Assembly (NCBI GenBank): GCA_051252135.1
Contig: JBPOGH010000011.1
Span: 1-64,000, forward strand
Origin: Verrucomicrobiaceae bacterium
GTDB taxonomy: Bacteria > Verrucomicrobiota > Verrucomicrobiia > Verrucomicrobiales > Akkermansiaceae
Direction of reading: 5' to 3'
DNA: 64,000 bases
Below the pieces are notes generated by a model. The model had not been told where the DNA came from and ran no database searches. It saw only the letters and a list, made by a program, of their open reading frames with translations. Numbering within the stretch: position 1 is the stretch's first letter; the number at the start of each line of letters is the position of its first letter. The translations under genes and the position numbers were made by a program. This document shows positions 63,626-64,000 of this stretch, one piece after another.

Positions 63626-64000
63626 TTAAAGTTGGGTTACACGGACGCGCAGCAGGCACGTGGTATCGGGCACCGCTTGGCGGCTGATAACCTCATAGGA
63701 GGTTGCGTTATCGAGCGAGATAAGCCAGTTGGGATCGCTCGCAGTGATTGTGGTCCAAGTGTTCAAGTCAGTCGTATACTCAACCTGATACTTGAGACGG
63801 CCACCTACTAGCGGACGCTTGGGGACGGTGAAAATACACTGATTGGTCAGTTCATCCAGGACCGGGAAGAGAACAGGAACCGAAGCTGGATCGACTGGAT
63901 CGGTCTGAAGAGCAAATTCCTCAATGTTGCTTGAGCCATCTCCGTCAAAATCGGCTGTCCCTAGGAAAAGACTCTCGCTCGCCGTTGCAGGAAAGACCGT
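63626..64000 (-). CDS. C-terminal part of a probably secreted protein (truncated by window edge, absent from ORF track)
   Basis: Open frame from the edge to TAA at 63626: ...ADFDGDGSSNIEEFALQTDP...YQVEYTTDLNTW...LLRVRVTQL. Confidence 0.8.
   Translation of the reverse strand, partial: TVFPATASESLFLGTADFDGDGSSNIEEFALQTDPVDPASVPVLFPVLDELTNQCIFTVPKRPLVGGRLKYQVEYTTDLNTWTTITASDPNWLISLDNATSYEVISRQAVPDTTCLLRVRVTQL

Overview
Chromosomal window from a Verrucomicrobiota-like bacterium (inferred from PEP-CTERM genes, ribosomal gene order without rpmD/rpsN/tuf, and characteristic secreted-protein C-termini). 0-18 kb: housekeeping and metabolic genes (S10 peptidase, tRNA-Gln, prfA-prmC-murA-der-oppD, M16 protease, isolated nuoBC, CE15 esterase, thiG, mdh, SLC13 transporter). 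18.8-33 kb: accessory envelope locus with nucleotide-sugar enzymes, a TMTC-like GT-C glycosyltransferase, two PEP-CTERM ice-binding/choice-of-anchor-A-like paralogs inside a scarred tandem duplication, and a vWA/response regulator/histidine kinase module. 34-51 kb: str-S10-spc ribosomal superoperon on the minus strand, interrupted by two non-ribosomal envelope genes. 51-64 kb: tRNA-Met, gap, gyrBA, rnd and a kexin-like S8 protease. Best leads: a candidate protein-glycosylation system for PEP-CTERM surface proteins, a DnaA-box cluster written into prmC codons, a probably xenologous tandem duplication, a shared C-terminal sorting-like domain, a perfect Rex box before nuoBC, and a MITE. All alignments and motif calls were made by eye; no database searches were run.
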